Positions 35,696 to 50,420 of a DNA stretch of 64,000 bases are shown here, piece after piece. How positions within the stretch are numbered: the stretch's first letter is position 1; each line of letters starts with the position of its first letter. The stretch covers positions 11,327,451 through 11,391,450 of the forward strand of contig CM082585.2 in assembly GCA_040954595.2 (NCBI GenBank), in the 5' to 3' direction. A program made the position numbers and the translations under genes. The notes beneath the pieces are model-generated. The model saw nothing but the letters and a program-made list of their open reading frames with translations. It ran no database searches and was not told where the DNA came from. This DNA comes from Balanoglossus misakiensis (lineage: Eukaryota; Animalia; Hemichordata).

Positions 35696-38600
35696 ATTTA
35701 TTTTTTCCTCAACTTTCGATAATTGCGCCCGTGTTAATTCATCAAGCAAGAGTAGATATTTACTTGTTCGGCATACACAAATATCAGTTGCTATATATAA
35801 ATAGCAAATTAAAATGAACTCGCAAATAAATTTGGTTTAAATCACGAAATTTGAACAACTTAATGTTATGAGCATGTAAAACACGACCGCAAAGTAGCTC
35901 AATATATTGAACATAAAGCTCTGAATTGTCGCGTGTTCGCTTATCAACCTTAAAACCGAAAAAAATAAAGCGTCTTTGTTTATGGAGTGTGGAATACACC
36001 ATCATGTAACATGAGATGTCAAATACGGGTCTGTAATTTCAGTTTCCGAATAGACTCCGTCACCCTAATAGTATTTTAAGTAGTGTCAAAAAGAAGATTT
36101 GACATTTTTCATTAAAGTTGGAATTTTTCCTGAACAAATGTCAGTAATCTTTGATAGAAATGTTGCCTTCTAGCAAGAGAGCATAGATTCTCGAATTGTT
36201 GACCCGATCGATCAAAAGTATTTCACACTGCTATTTAATGTTTTTGAAAGTGATATTTTATCGCTTTAACTCCTTGTCAATCAAGTCTACGGGATGGGCG
36301 AATCATTCGTATGTCGAAACCTTGGGTAACTTCAAGTTTTGTGGTTTCCGTCGCCGAAGGGAGAGGGGGGTCCGGTCGAATCTTGATTTGTATGAGAGAA
36401 TCAAGTGGAGCAAGCTTAGTGCTCTCGCGAATCAAGTTGACTCTTTAAAAGGTTAACTTTTTGGTGCTTGAAGAACTGTTTTGACTGGTTACACTTTATG
36501 GATTAGGGATGTACGTGGGTGTCTGTGGGTTTGTATGGTGGGAGTGACGTTGTCTGGAAGTGGTTGGCCAAACGTCGATGGTGCATTGGTACCGTCTGAT
36601 TCATTGTATTGACCATTCCCCCTGCAGGTGAAATGTGTCAAACACGGAACTGGAGATATCGTGCAGAATGAATGCCTAGCCAATTGGTACACGTTACAGT
36701 GTTAAAGATGGTAGGTCCAAGCGCGGCCATAGGGATGGGGTGGGGGGGGGGGGGTCGGTGGAATCGGTTGAGAGGCGGTTATTGCCACAGAGTAGTCCGT
36801 AAGTGGCACATGTGTGCACACTGGGGGGAAATGGCTTTAAGTGAGTCGATTAACGGAAAGAGTTGGTGATGATAGGTCTGGAGAGAACTTGAAGCTGGGA
36901 GTGCAGTGGAGGGTTAGCGAGCGTGGAAGGTTAGCGGGCTTTGGTAATATAGATTCAACAGGGAGAAAGTACAGTGGATGGAAGTGGTTTTTGTGGGTTT
37001 AGGTGAGCAGGACGTGGGTATTAGGAGTGGGCTCTGACAAAAAGGGTTCAGTGGGACTATACGTGGGAGCATAGTAGATTAATAGACACCGGAGGGTGTA
37101 TGGCGGGTTCACGGCAGTGCTGCAAAGAACGGAAGTGAGGATGTGACAAAACTGACAGACGACGATGAAACGTGAGAAAAAAAATGAAATTCTTGATTTA
37201 CTGAATCCGCGCAGAGAAATGGGTCATCGATTTTTCCAGTGTGTATAATAGTTACTATGTTTTAGTAGTTCCAGCTGACAAGTGTTGGAAATAGAGGTCA
37301 GTCGCTATCAAGGATTTATGCTAGATAGAGCCCAATTTTCGCGTCACGTCGCGTATTTTCGCTCGTTTCCATGGTGACATTAATCAACATACAGGAAGAG
37401 CGTTAAATTAAAACCACTATCGTTTGCCACGAAAAGTGTCTGCAACGCGTAGAAACCCACCGGATGTACACCGATGCATTTTTGTGCCTGCTCTTCGGTC
37501 ATTCATATTTCTGACACTTCGTGTGAGCGTATATTCAAGTGCGATGGCCTTCCCAAAACGGATGCCAGTTCGAATTAGCCAGGCGGCGACAATTTCACTC
37601 CCTCGGCAGTAATGACAGCCATTTACACGCTATGATTGCGAAATTGTTTGATAACAAAATTACGCGGGTGAAAATTATGGAAAAAATGATTGCAACAGTC
37701 GGGGAAATTTCTGTCATTTTCGGATGAAATTATCACATAATAATTCACAATCATCCTCCCAGTATGGAGAGTCCATGTTGTTTCCGGTAACCTTTGACCC
37801 CGGTATTTTGGTAGTGTTAAAATTTCCGTCTGTTTCCCCCTCTTGGTTCAAGTTTCGAACAGAGCGAAATACGAGTGGTTTAATAGAGATAAAATACACG
37901 AGGGGACAGATAAAATAGAACCAATCATTTGCAGGAAAAAGTGGCGCGAACCAGATACTTTATTTGTGATTTCCTTTATTTTTTATCTGCAACTGCAACA
38001 GCAGTCGTGTGACTGTGAGATTTGGGAAAGTCTGTTCTGGTCTGGTTCAGTGTCCATGGATGTCGGTTTTGCGTGCTCGAAAAAAAAACCGAGGCGATTA
38101 AAGTCTGTATGATTGAAACGGTCCTGACAAAGACTGATGAATGTCATCCCGAGCTCCGCTGTTAACCTTCAAAATTCATCTTTCAATGACATCTATCTCT
38201 TAGCTGTTTGTATTTTGACGTATCGTTTTCGACTTTTTTTTCTCTTTTCACACATGCGCGATAATGAGGGCCGGGTTACTGTCACCAACCGCATCGGTTG
38301 CGGTGGTAGCTCTGTTCGCTTCTGTCACACTTCAGTGCGTCTGCTTCCATTCTTGTCTGGTCTTGTTGTGAAGGCTTTAGTAAACATTGTGGCAGGCAAG
38401 CAGCAAAGTGGAAAGCCTAGAGTCCGGGCCAACCGGCCGGCCCTTCAATATGTTCGAACTCCGAGTGCGCAAGGGTTAATCGTCCGGTCAACACTGCACC
38501 GGCGCGGGTAGAGTTCAGTGTGTACACGTATGTGCGGTATATATATAGGTGAGCTCACTGTACCCGGGCGTGCCGTGAGCACCATCGAGGGTGGCCGCGG

Positions 38601-41600
38601 CCGACAGAGACAACTGCGGTGTTTACACGTGCCAGGTGCAACCCCAGCTCAGTGTGATGAATCGAAAGATAGCGATATTCGGTGCTAATTAGTATGCGTA
38701 CCAGCTTGTTGTTCGTAGTTGACAGCTGATCACGGCCGTTACTCACACACGCGGTAAGCAAATCGGCAAATTTATAGTTGTCGGAATCCCTTCACATGCA
38801 AATTAGTGTCGACCGAACCATTAATTTCCCCATAAATAATAAAATCATTACTGCACGGGTAAACTGCTTCCATGCGGCACTCTCTTTGTTTTAAACTAAA
38901 AACCCCAACAGCAGAAAATCGTTATTTGGTAGCGTATGGTAGAATCCTGAGAGAATTTTTAGACGGCGAACATAAACTGCTGGCAGTCGCGTTTCTGTCA
39001 CAGATCGGATTAAACTCGGCAAAGCGCGCGTGTTATAGATTTATGAAAAAAAATGGGAGGAAATCCCAGAAATTATAAATCGGTGGGGTTATTCACTAAC
39101 CCGTGATGATGTATTGTACGAATCGTGAGTTCAGTATTTAAAAGTCCTCATTGCTCATAGTATTACTGATGATTGTTCGTCCCCTCACACGTATAGAAAT
39201 TCCCACTTTTCACTTGTTTAAAAGGAGCAATGGCGTCTTTATAAAGCTAGTGTAAATAAAATCCGCTGCAGCACAAAGGATCGGGGATACCCTTCTATTT
39301 TTGTACGTCCAATCGATGGATGGGGAGTTTTGCTATTTACTACGTAGCTACGTTCGCCACAGCAATTGTACTATCACCGTTGTACAATCAACGACCATGC
39401 ACAACAAACGATCTCTTACAATGAGCCATTTGTCGAAGACAATCTCGATAGTTACGCTCGGTACTCATGAGTTGCGTTAGCTATTTTTATTTTCTTTTAT
39501 GGTTTTATAGCATATTATGGGATAATAGTGGGCATTTCGTCACCCTGTTTACAGCGCCGCGGGTGTGTTTCCGTTCACGTTTTTCAGCGCCCGGAGTGGA
39601 TGACCTGTGTCGTTTGTTGATGGAAAAACATGTGACGTCTCTTATTTGTATTGTTTAATTTACAGACACACAACAACAGGCGTCATCGTTGGTTGATCGC
39701 ACCCCTACACACAAATCAAACCCTGCTTCTCTTCGACCACTGTGAAATGTTCGATTTATACTGACACTTATAAACTAATTACCTATTTATCTCATTCCCG
39801 CCAAAGTTGTAATATTTTTAGATTCGTTCAAATTTTGTTGGTTCTGATCGCTTTGGTGATGACGCCAGCGTACCCCGCTGGTAAGATAGATGTAACTGTC
39901 AGTGAGAAGTCGCGTCGTTATGGATACCGTATTTGTGTTGTGTATGTAGTGTTTAATCAACCACTTTAAGGGGTGTATATTTAGCTTAAATGTTAAGCGG
40001 GGATTTTTTGCTCTGGTCACTAAAGTGCTCATCAAATACCATCGGGTGTCGCGCGCTTTTTTGGGAAGGGGAGGTGGAACAGTCGTAAAATATTGGAGTA
40101 ACTTTTCTTTTTCTTTCCCACCGGGCATGAATGGTAAGTCGTGGGACTTTAAGGTTTGATGGACTTTTTATGGCGTTATTTATTTACGACGCGCCCGCAG
40201 AAGAGCGTCATTGGCCATGCGGGCTCAAACATGTGGACACGCATGAAAACCAAACGCGCCGCTCGTCAGAACCCAACCCAAGAACAAATTTAGAAAGTTA
40301 AGTAAACGACCCACAGCTTGTCATCGTGACGTTGTTCACGGCATCTGCACGGTGCCCCAAATAAAAAAAAATAACAACGACCGAAATCGATACGTCGCTA
40401 TCTGCCGCGACAAAGGAGAAATATAAAGTTTGACTTGTATTTTAGTGCAGATTTTGGTCGCATACAGCTGAGCTGGATCTGGTTGGTTCAACACGTCGTA
40501 AATATGATCTCGTTAGCTTGTAAACTGAGCGACTTTTCGGCAGTTTTTGGCCGTAGCTTTTATTCGCGACATTAAAACAAGGAGACAACAGTTCGATGAC
40601 ATTTATAGGGTCAGCGCCATCGTGAAACTGACACCAGCGCGCAGCAAAGCTGGCGAAATATTACATGCAATATCACAGAGGCGGCGGATGGGTACCGGTG
40701 ATATTGTCACAAGGGATCGAAAGCTGTGATAATGAGCTTTCAACGCAGACGACAGAAAGCGCACTGAAGGTGGGGTTGCTGAAAAGCCCGATGTTTGAAA
40801 CGCTCGTGTCATCTGGGGTGTAAAGAGTGTAAGTGCAACGGTGATACGCGCGATAACGAGGCGATCGCCATCGTGATTATGGAGCTGAGGTTAGCTGCCG
40901 GATGATTGACAGGCGCGCAGGCATCCAGCAAGACTGCGATAATAGGGAGGAATATGATCACATATGCTGACGATACGCTAGACCGGAAATCGAACAAAAT
41001 ATCAAATGGCTGGCGATGTTTTGCGCGCGCTTATTAACAGTCGCACCAAATGACACGGAATGGGCTTATAATTAAACATAGCACACGCCTGAAAAGCAGA
41101 AATCGCTCCAAAATAAAAGTCATGCTAAAATATGAATAAAAGGTATTTTAACAAGCGATATTGTTAGCGTATATGATCACACATTGGAAAATTTGACGTG
41201 CTGGTAATTGCTTATTAGCAAGCAACAAAAGGAAGTGCATCAGATTTATCCGTAACCCGTACAAACTCAAATTGGTAATGGGCAATTCCATCTGCCGAGT
41301 GCATCCCCTCCGGCAACCAAACTTCCGTTCATGATCAGAACTTACACACGCAGGAAATGTCTTCATTCAGTCGGGATTATTATTTTTAACGTTTTCAGCT
41401 TTTTTACGTGCTGTATTGGTGTTTATGCAACGCAGCCAGGCGAGGCTAAAGACCCGAGATTCAGGCACGTGTCCTTGAAAAGGGTGTGTGTATGTATTTT
41501 TTTCTTAAGGAAGTGTCAATCACGCGTGCGTGGACGATTTCAGAACACCGAGAAAACCTTGAACAAAACCGGAAGTAACTTGAAAGGTCCGTTTAAATAG

Positions 41601-44600
41601 AAAAAATCAAATTCGACTATAGATTTCCCAAGGGATTTAACCATTTTTCACACGATCAAAAATATATGTTAAATTGCAACGGCACCTGGAAAAGATTAAA
41701 TTTAAATTTTTCTCAAATTCCAGAATTCCTGATTCTGTGTTTCAAATCGGCTTAGCCTTCATCACTACTCCCGTATCATCAGAGGGGATTGTGACACATG
41801 TATGATTTCAACTCATACAGAATTTATATCACGTGATAGGGGATGCCCGACCACATCAAATTGAAACGGAAATGCCACAGAAACGTTTTCTATTTAGTTC
41901 AATGCCGTGACCCTGGCTCCTGGGTCCACTCGGTTCACTTCCAATAATTAAGTTACGCGATTGGAGTACGTGGTCGAATATAGACAGTAGTTATAATGCG
42001 TGGTTTACCGTACGGTCGTTGTAATCGTACAACGATAGGAAGGAACGCGACCACGGAGGATGCATGACGCGCGCAGATAAGAGTGACGTAATGTCACGTG
42101 ACGTCAAACTGTCACGTTCAGCTATGTGGTATTGTAGACTCACAAGTCTTCCATACGCCCTTCAGTGACCAAGTCGTGACGGATTTGGCGATATAATTCT
42201 ATACGTTACACCATGGAGTGTTTTGTGGTTTTCATAGTTTGCCGTGTAATGTTATTATGTTGCTATTTGGACGAGAGAGGGCTAGGATAAGGGGTCTTGC
42301 TGTCAACCATGTTACAACATAGGCTTGTGCCATGTATTTGTACTCACCAAGACATGCCGACTCCTCGCTTGCCCCCGAAGTGTTGTCACCACGGCGATAT
42401 ACACATCTGGACTTTACACGCCAATAAACGTAATCCCAAAGCAACAGGAAGAACTGACATTTCACTATTTACAAACAATCGCGAAGGTTGACATCCATGA
42501 ACATCCATCCAGTCAGAAGAAAATCAGCAGGTGTTGTTGCGAAGAAGTACCAGGATGACACAGTCTTCTCTCGAATCGCCGATTTATTCGACCATGGATA
42601 CGAACCAATACGAACTAATACGAACTCATGGGCACAAGCTATTTACATTTCTAGGTCCAAAACTTTAACTACAGTGAGACAAAACTGTTAGGCTTGTCTC
42701 ATATTTAAATCAAGTATTGAAATGCAAAATAAAGTGTTAAAATGCAAATTAAGAACGACGGGAGTGGTTCTTCTTTTCTCCAGGTGTCACCGCACGGTCT
42801 AACAGGGTCACAGCTGTGCCATCGAAAGCCCTGTTGGGCCCATTCCATGCTAATTAGGCCTACACTGATTTTCCACCACTTGATGAACATTATTTGTATA
42901 CTAGTTTGTCTGAAATAAAGCAGAATTTATCACTATTAGGACCTTAGCTTGTCAAAAAAGTAGGCCTAGATTGCAGCTGAGTGTAGAAAGGTTGCGTAAT
43001 AGATATAGAATTTTTCCATAATAAAGTGTAACCATTTTTATTTACAAATAGTGCATGAAAAGTGTCGTGGTAAACGGTGCCTTGGAGAGTAGTCACAGTA
43101 GTTCATATCCAACAAGCCAAGAAGAAATCAACAGGTGTCAGTAGCGTCCAACAAGGTCAAGAACGTGCCATTTGAAAGCCTGTTAGACAAGATCGAGCAC
43201 CATTGAAGATGACTGGGCCTCTTTGACAAGTCTTGACTACAAATGACACACATGAATTGGTACTGCTATAGACCGATTGCATGAGACTAAACGCACTTCT
43301 TCGCTTTAATACTGGCCCTTCAAAACTCTCTAGTATAAAATCGATTCAACGATCATGCTTACTGAGATTTTGAAGCATGGGAAATGAATTGAAGTCTCCT
43401 CCCCTCCCCTTCCCCACGCAATAAAAAAAGAAATGCGATTTCGATGCGTCATTTTATGATCGGCGGGCCCCTTGCGTGTGTGGTCATTAAACTTAACACA
43501 AAAGCAATATGATCAAGCGACCCTTCTGTGTACAACAACAAAACACTGCTCTACAGTTTATAGTTAGAAAACAACTGTCACGTGACAGTGGCGCGGCAGT
43601 TGTTAAAATAAGGAAGAAAATGCAAACACGTTCACCCTTCCCATCATCGTCAACAACTGGTCACGTGACAGCGGATGCAATGTCGCCGAATCCGAAATGT
43701 AACTTCTTGGGCTTTGAGTTTAGAAATATATTTCATTCCGACCGCATATTTGCGTGCGAGCATTTGTGTGTAGACGAATGCCTAGACATAGAGACACGCA
43801 TTGTATTATTTGAATACTGCGTTCTTGTCTGCATTGACACTGTCGTCAATTACACAGCGTTGGTTTACAATACCAAGGTCAGGTTTTTCTAATTTCCGAG
43901 GTTTTGTCAACTACAAGAATGAAACAGCGCTCCCTGTATCGCTAGTAAGTGAGCGCCCCTTAGTCAGTGGTGACATTACGTTAATTGAAATAGACATGAT
44001 CTCAACATTACTCGGTGGGACAGTTACAAGGCCTAATAGAACTCGGTCGACAGCAATGAGTGGTTTATACTGCGTGGAAATTAGTTGGGACTTTGTTTGG
44101 AAGCACCTCAGAGTGCGTGCTGGCATATGGTGACGTGTTGAAACTGGAAGATGGCTCCACCCGCCAAGCTGTTGAAAAAAAATCAAATTAAGGCAGGGTG
44201 CGAGGATGCGGCCTTGGATTAAGTAACAGCCCCTACATCAAATGACTGTTTTGCGCCGTATGATTCGTCACCATACGCCACCTTGACAAATGTATCTCCG
44301 ATTAATGGAAACGCGCGTAAAACCTCACCCAGGCGCATAAGGAATTATTACTCATCATTTTAAATACAACTGTGCCCTCGGAAAAAAAATGTGGAGACGC
44401 TTTTTGTCTGACGTGGGAACTAGGCGATCTAATGATTTTTACCCCCTTCACGATTGAGTGACGTTTCCACGGGTCTTGTGTTTGTAGACTGCATAATGCG
44501 TCCCCTTTTGCCTTTACTGGTTCGCGCTTTGGGTTTTTCGCTAACAGGGCTCGCTCATAAACTTACATGCGTCCCCGTATTTTACCTTTGAACACTTCAC

Positions 44601-45391
44601 ATCCTCCACCGCCCGCTCTCCGTTCTCATTAAATCACTAAGCAACCCTGTCTCCATTCATTTCTCTTTTCTTGCGATGTCATCTCTGACATCCGGTTCGT
44701 TTCCGCCACTTCCGTTCTCCTGTTCTGCTTCTCGAAATTACTCTCATTACAAAATTGTCACCTGTCGGTACTGTACCCTAGCTCGAGTTTTATTTTTTTT
44801 TGCCCGATTCATTCCAATATGACATCTTCCTCACGGCGCTTTCGACCTTTACAGAGTGGAAGGAAGCCTATTGTAGCCGACAGCGCACGATTAACGTCGA
44901 CTCATTTTCCCGCCCATTTCCACGAAAATTTCTCGTGTGGACATCTTTCCCTCCCAGAGTTTATTCATCCGCTCTCATTATTCCAAACACGACCTAGTTT
45001 TCCTCCCGCTAATAAAAAAAGATGAAATATGGCGGCAAATAAGGTAAACACTCTCGGTAATATTCAGATTTCTCTTTTCACATTTTGCATCGGTGAATCC
45101 TGGGGTCCCTGTCGGCGTTGGCAAACTAAACGAACGCTTTGCCGATTATCCCATTTTATAGGGGTATAACTGAGACAAACGGGGCTTTTATTAATGTCAC
45201 TTATCAATCACGGAGCGCTCAATAAAATAAGGAAAATTAATAACGAATAAGGCATATATGAATAGGGTGTCAATTAAGAGAATCTGATGACTGTGACTTT
45301 TGATGTCAATATCTGGGGAATCGGGCATAATGTCAAAAGACTGAAATCAAAGTACTTCCATATAGACACATCATGGGAGACATAAATTACC

Positions 45392-45417
45392 CATACATAC
45401 AGACAGACAGACAGACA

Positions 45418-45470
<53 letters not shown>
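45392..45470. repeat. Compound (CATA)(CAGA)n(CA)n microsatellite
   Basis: Directly visible. Confidence 0.95.
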
Positions 45471-45471
<1 letters not shown>

Positions 45472-48400
45472 TAAACTACACACGCCATTCTTTCATTTTA
45501 CATGTTCTTTTAAAAATTTATCCGCTTTATACTTTTGGAAGCCTTGCCTTGGGTATTTAGGTTTCGTTTAAGGTCCCATCACATGCACTTACATATTTTT
45601 TCTCGGGTCTTATGAGCTTAACTGGTTTTCGATCTTTCCGTCACGCCAATACGGCCCGACATATATTTTTTTTTAAAACACCCGCATGTACGTAGCTTAC
45701 ATGTTTCGGGGATATTGAGAATTCCCTAATGAATTCATATTGCTAATGCAAAGTGTTTTAACATCATGTATATATCGTATGTGGAGATAACACAGACTCT
45801 TGGGACATCCGGGATATCAAGCCTCAAACAGTGTTTATTATGTCAACTCATTTAAAGCCCGACTTAAGAATCACTTACAGGGACATTAACTGCAAATCTC
45901 AATATTTCCACTTCGTTAGTTTATTTCTGTAACTTAATATTGTGATTTCTGTTCGGTAAACCGTCCCTGGACTTCTGAATGCAATGATGGTATGCAAACA
46001 GACGGCGAATATTAAGTGAAAAAGACGTCTTAATAAGCAAAATACATAAATGAAACACGTACATTATTCGAACTGTGTATAGTGTACACTACTCGATATA
46101 CAGCGTGTATTTTTCCGCGGAAAATGAAATATACAATCACAAAATAAAAACTAAACACGGTTTGACCAAGCGTTGTCTTATTGATTTTAGCAAGACATGC
46201 GTAGCAAGTATAGATGGACCTGGCTTTTATTATAGTTATTCTCCCCACAATGGTCATTGATCAGTTTTTAAGGTCAATAGCTTATCGCTTTATGAGTGGC
46301 CATTAAACCCAGTGTGACGTCATTACGTCTCTGATTGACATATAAGTGTCCATTTCTACGATTCTTTTGTTCCCTTTGGCCAATCACAGGCTGCTATCAA
46401 GGTCCATTCGAATTAACTATTCATCGACTCTAGAATAATTAATTCTACATGAAAATATACAGCATATTGTTGAAGGTTCCTTTGTCTAGTGTTATTAGTG
46501 ACATAATATGATTATTATAAAATAACAGAATATGCAGTTTGCAAAGCATTCCACAGAAACCAAAGAATAAAGTGAGTGACGAAATCCAAAGATTTCAGTT
46601 GGCAGAAGTGATTGCCGCACCCTCAGCAGAAGTGGTGATAAAGTAAGGAATCGTGTTGTGCCACACCCGAAGTGTTAACATATTGACATACGATGCAAAA
46701 CTGTAGGGTTACGTCACGTCTCATAGGCACAGTGGTTTTCATTGTTTCATAAAATATGTGTTCCTCCCTCGCCTACATCGTCTTGTTAGACCAAGAAAGA
46801 GTTCGTGCTTCCAGCTGGTAACCCGACCTACCCTAGTTCAAACGCTCGACTCTTACCTTTTTTTCTCTCCACTTGAATGAAAATCTCGCGAGATTAGGTA
46901 AGAAGCGTGAGGTCAATTACGTCACAAAGCAGGACATTTCAACCGTACAGTAGATCAAGAAACAGATAAGTTTGAATTTTTTTTTACCAAAAGTTCAAAA
47001 CGCTGTCTCTCTGATTAAATCGAACTAATGGCTTTTCAAATCAACATTACGATAATGGCGAATGCTTCGCGGGGACGAGCATTGTTACATCAGTGAATGA
47101 CCTCTGACCCGAGGCTTGAAACAACTGTAGTACTTCCCGTTTTTTCTTGTTAAAAAGTATGCCTATAGCTAATGGTTTGACGTGCCAAATTAATTGGCTT
47201 GTAGAGATCGAGACTTTCAAAAACTTGATTTTTGCCGCCAAGAATAACGTTGATAGGATGATATTTATTGGGGAGATCGTAAACTGTTAATTGACCCCTA
47301 TCTGACCTCCATCATGATGTAATACGGCCCGTGAATTTAGATAAGTTGGGTTATTTTTTCTGCGAGTTAACCAAAAGTGAAATGTTGTGGCGCGATCCGC
47401 TCTTGTTTGGAGAGTGGATAGATAACTAAAGGATGGCAATTACCGTCTTGCCAAATAAAAAGTGTGTGTATTTTTTATTATCATTGTGACGGTTCACTGA
47501 CTGTCGATATATATTTCTTTTTCTCGTTGATGCTTTTGTGTCTTTCGCCTGAAGTGCCTGCTCGTTCTTGCCAATATTGTGTGGAAATACGACAAATTTT
47601 CCGCTCGACTGGTTGCATTTTCCTGGGGAGTACAGAAGAGAGACCAATTTGGAGAAGTGAATAAACCGTAGCCAGCCATGCCTGTCTCACCTCGAGTGCG
47701 GGTGACAAAGATGCGTCTACGAGGGGGGAGTTGAAGAGAGCCGAAGGGTTTTATATCCACGCCGAAGCAGAGTTTACAAAAAAGCGCCATGCTTGAGTTG
47801 GCAGACAGAGCTGGTGCCAGTGACGAGTAACTTTTGCCACGTATTACACCCTTTAACATGCGCCGCTACATTTCAAATTATTACTTTCTATCCGGTCGCA
47901 ATACAACCATGATTCCATAATGAAAAAGGCGTCAAACGCGTTACACGTTCATAACTATTTGACAAAAGTCCCCAATCGATTTTCCTACCGACACACAAAA
48001 AATAATCGGGAGGTGTTGACATGAGATAATATAATCATGTTAGTTTCTGTAAATTTGAATAGAATCGGTGTCTTTTAAAGGGCATGGTAAGTATCCGATG
48101 CTTGCTCGGTGTTAAAGGTTCGTGGTGTAGCTAGGCCTAGGGTGAGCTCGTTAGTTCCGCATCGTCTGGGTTAGCTGATTAGAGGGTACTTCTAACCATC
48201 TTTGCCGAGAAAAAGAACACATTATTTGATGTCGACTGCACTGCGGTCATCGCCATATGTGTCACTGTCCCACGCGGACGCGCATCCCAGACAAAAAACT
48301 TTCAAATCAGTGTTCACGAGAAGTGAATTTCATCACGAGACCCGCATCCACGCAATCATTGCAGACATCTCATCTCGTTTCAAACATTTCATCGTGTCGT

Positions 48401-50330
48401 GTTGCAAATTTCATCATGTGAAAGAGAAATCTGCCTCTACTTTCGGAGATAGGGCGCGTAATATTTTTACGAAGCGTCGGGAGCGCGGAGATGTCATCGC
48501 GCACATAATGGACGATACCGTCGGGAAATCAGTGAGGACGCTGAAACAGAATCCATGTTAATTTGCTCGCCTATGAAATGAAGTGGTTCTAATTGCACAA
48601 TAATGCGCGCGAATCTGCTACCTTCGCTGATTCTGTGTAAAGCGGGGGATTTAAAAAAAAACGAACAAAGACAAAAGGTTAAGACAATAAGCTTGAACAG
48701 ATCCACCTTTTAAGGGTCTTGCACTATATACCTTTTCTTGTTTTATTTATTCTATTTACTTTTATTATAAACGTTGTTTGACACGTGAAGTCGGCTAATT
48801 CAACAGTGCCCACAGTGACATATGAAACAGAGAGATCGCACTGAAACCCTGGCTATAAATTATGCAGCTACATTCAATTGCGTGGCATACTCATTTATCC
48901 GATGTGTTTCTATATTTTACCGTAAATTTTGGCTTTCCGGACGGCGCATCAAAAATTTATACGAAAACAGAGATAGTGCGGGTTAGGTGAATTAAGGGCC
49001 GGTTTAATTGGCGAAACAATCCTAAGATACATTTCCCATGGGCCCCGTATCTCCCTTGTCGTAGACTTTTGTTGTTGCTGTATGAAATAAACATGAGACA
49101 GCGAGATTAGTACTTCGGTTCCTAGAGTAATTTGGATTATTCTAGCGTCGGCTCCTCGCTTCCAGTATATTTTGTACGCACTTGATCAATAATTCAAAAA
49201 ATAAAACACTCCTGTCCACGTCTGATCGCATTCGCGTATTTACGAATGTTTTTTTTCCAGAAGAAGAAAAAAACACGAATATTGTCCTTCGGAAACTGCC
49301 AGATCTTCATGAGCTCAGATGATTTCATCTCTGGTAACTTTTGCTCGCCTGCGTGTTGCCTGGCAACGGTTGGCGGGATCTTAGCAACAGTTTCCGGGCC
49401 CGTAGCACAGTCTGGATTTCGCTCATTTGTTCCGCAAAATACTATCATTACTGCGCTTTGTCGCTTCTCTGTTTTCCACTTTGCCCGTGCTATGTTCCCA
49501 TTGTTTCGCGACTTCTGGTGTTTTTCGTCACTGGCACTTACTGGCCCCTCATTACCGTGCATTTTATTTCGCGCGCTCTCGTATCATGCCAGACCTGTTG
49601 TCCAATGGCTGTCCACGCCAGGTAAGTTCAGAAGAAACCGCTGAAAATTTCGGCAGACGACAAAACGATAGCCACTTCCTCTTTCATCAATTTTCGCGCC
49701 CGCTCTCTGACTGTTAACCTCGAGCTGTTTGGTTCGCCTGTTCCATTCACAACGAACGATTCAAATCAATACCATGAAATTCGATGGATGCTGCGATTCA
49801 TGAACTCTACTGGCCGACCAACTTTTTGGTTCCGGTTTTCCCCCGCTCTCTCTGTCTCTCTCTCCCTCTCTCTCTGTCTCTCTTGGCACTATCGCCATAC
49901 GGCAACAGAAGTCAAGCGCACTTAATGTATGCAATTTTTAAAAGCCGTGTACTTTTGTTTAAATATGTCATTTGCGTTTAATGGACCATATTGAACGCTC
50001 ATCCCGGCATATTGATGTCCACATTTGAAAACACCTAGAAAAAACCTGATGCACGATTTTATATGTAAAGAGACACTCGTTCCCATCTTTTGCTGCGAAG
50101 GTCGGGTACATCGTTAAGCGCGCCACATTTACCTGAAAATTGGACAAATAGACGGATATGCGGGATCGCATGCAAAAAGAGTTATTAAGCCAGGACCGTG
50201 TGGTATTGAGCTGGAGGCGAGGCGTTTATGGAAAGCACGAGATGGTCGAATAGATGGACTTTAAAAGCGCGATAAAGGTATTCTCTGACAGTTCTCAGAC
50301 ACAAGATCGGCCTGAAGCCATTCCCGCTGT

Positions 50331-50420
50331 ACCACCACGCCATCACGTGACCACCACCACCACCACCATCATCCCCGTGACCACCATGATCATCATCGCC
50401 AACATCATCTACATCACCAC
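50331..50420. repeat. Degenerate (CAC/CAT)n trinucleotide repeat
   Basis: ACCACCACC...CATCATC runs, directly visible. Confidence 0.75.

Noticed and set aside
38160-38480. piggyBac-like ends (TTAACC...GGGTTAA)
   Set aside because: Complementarity does not extend beyond ~6 bp; consistent with chance.
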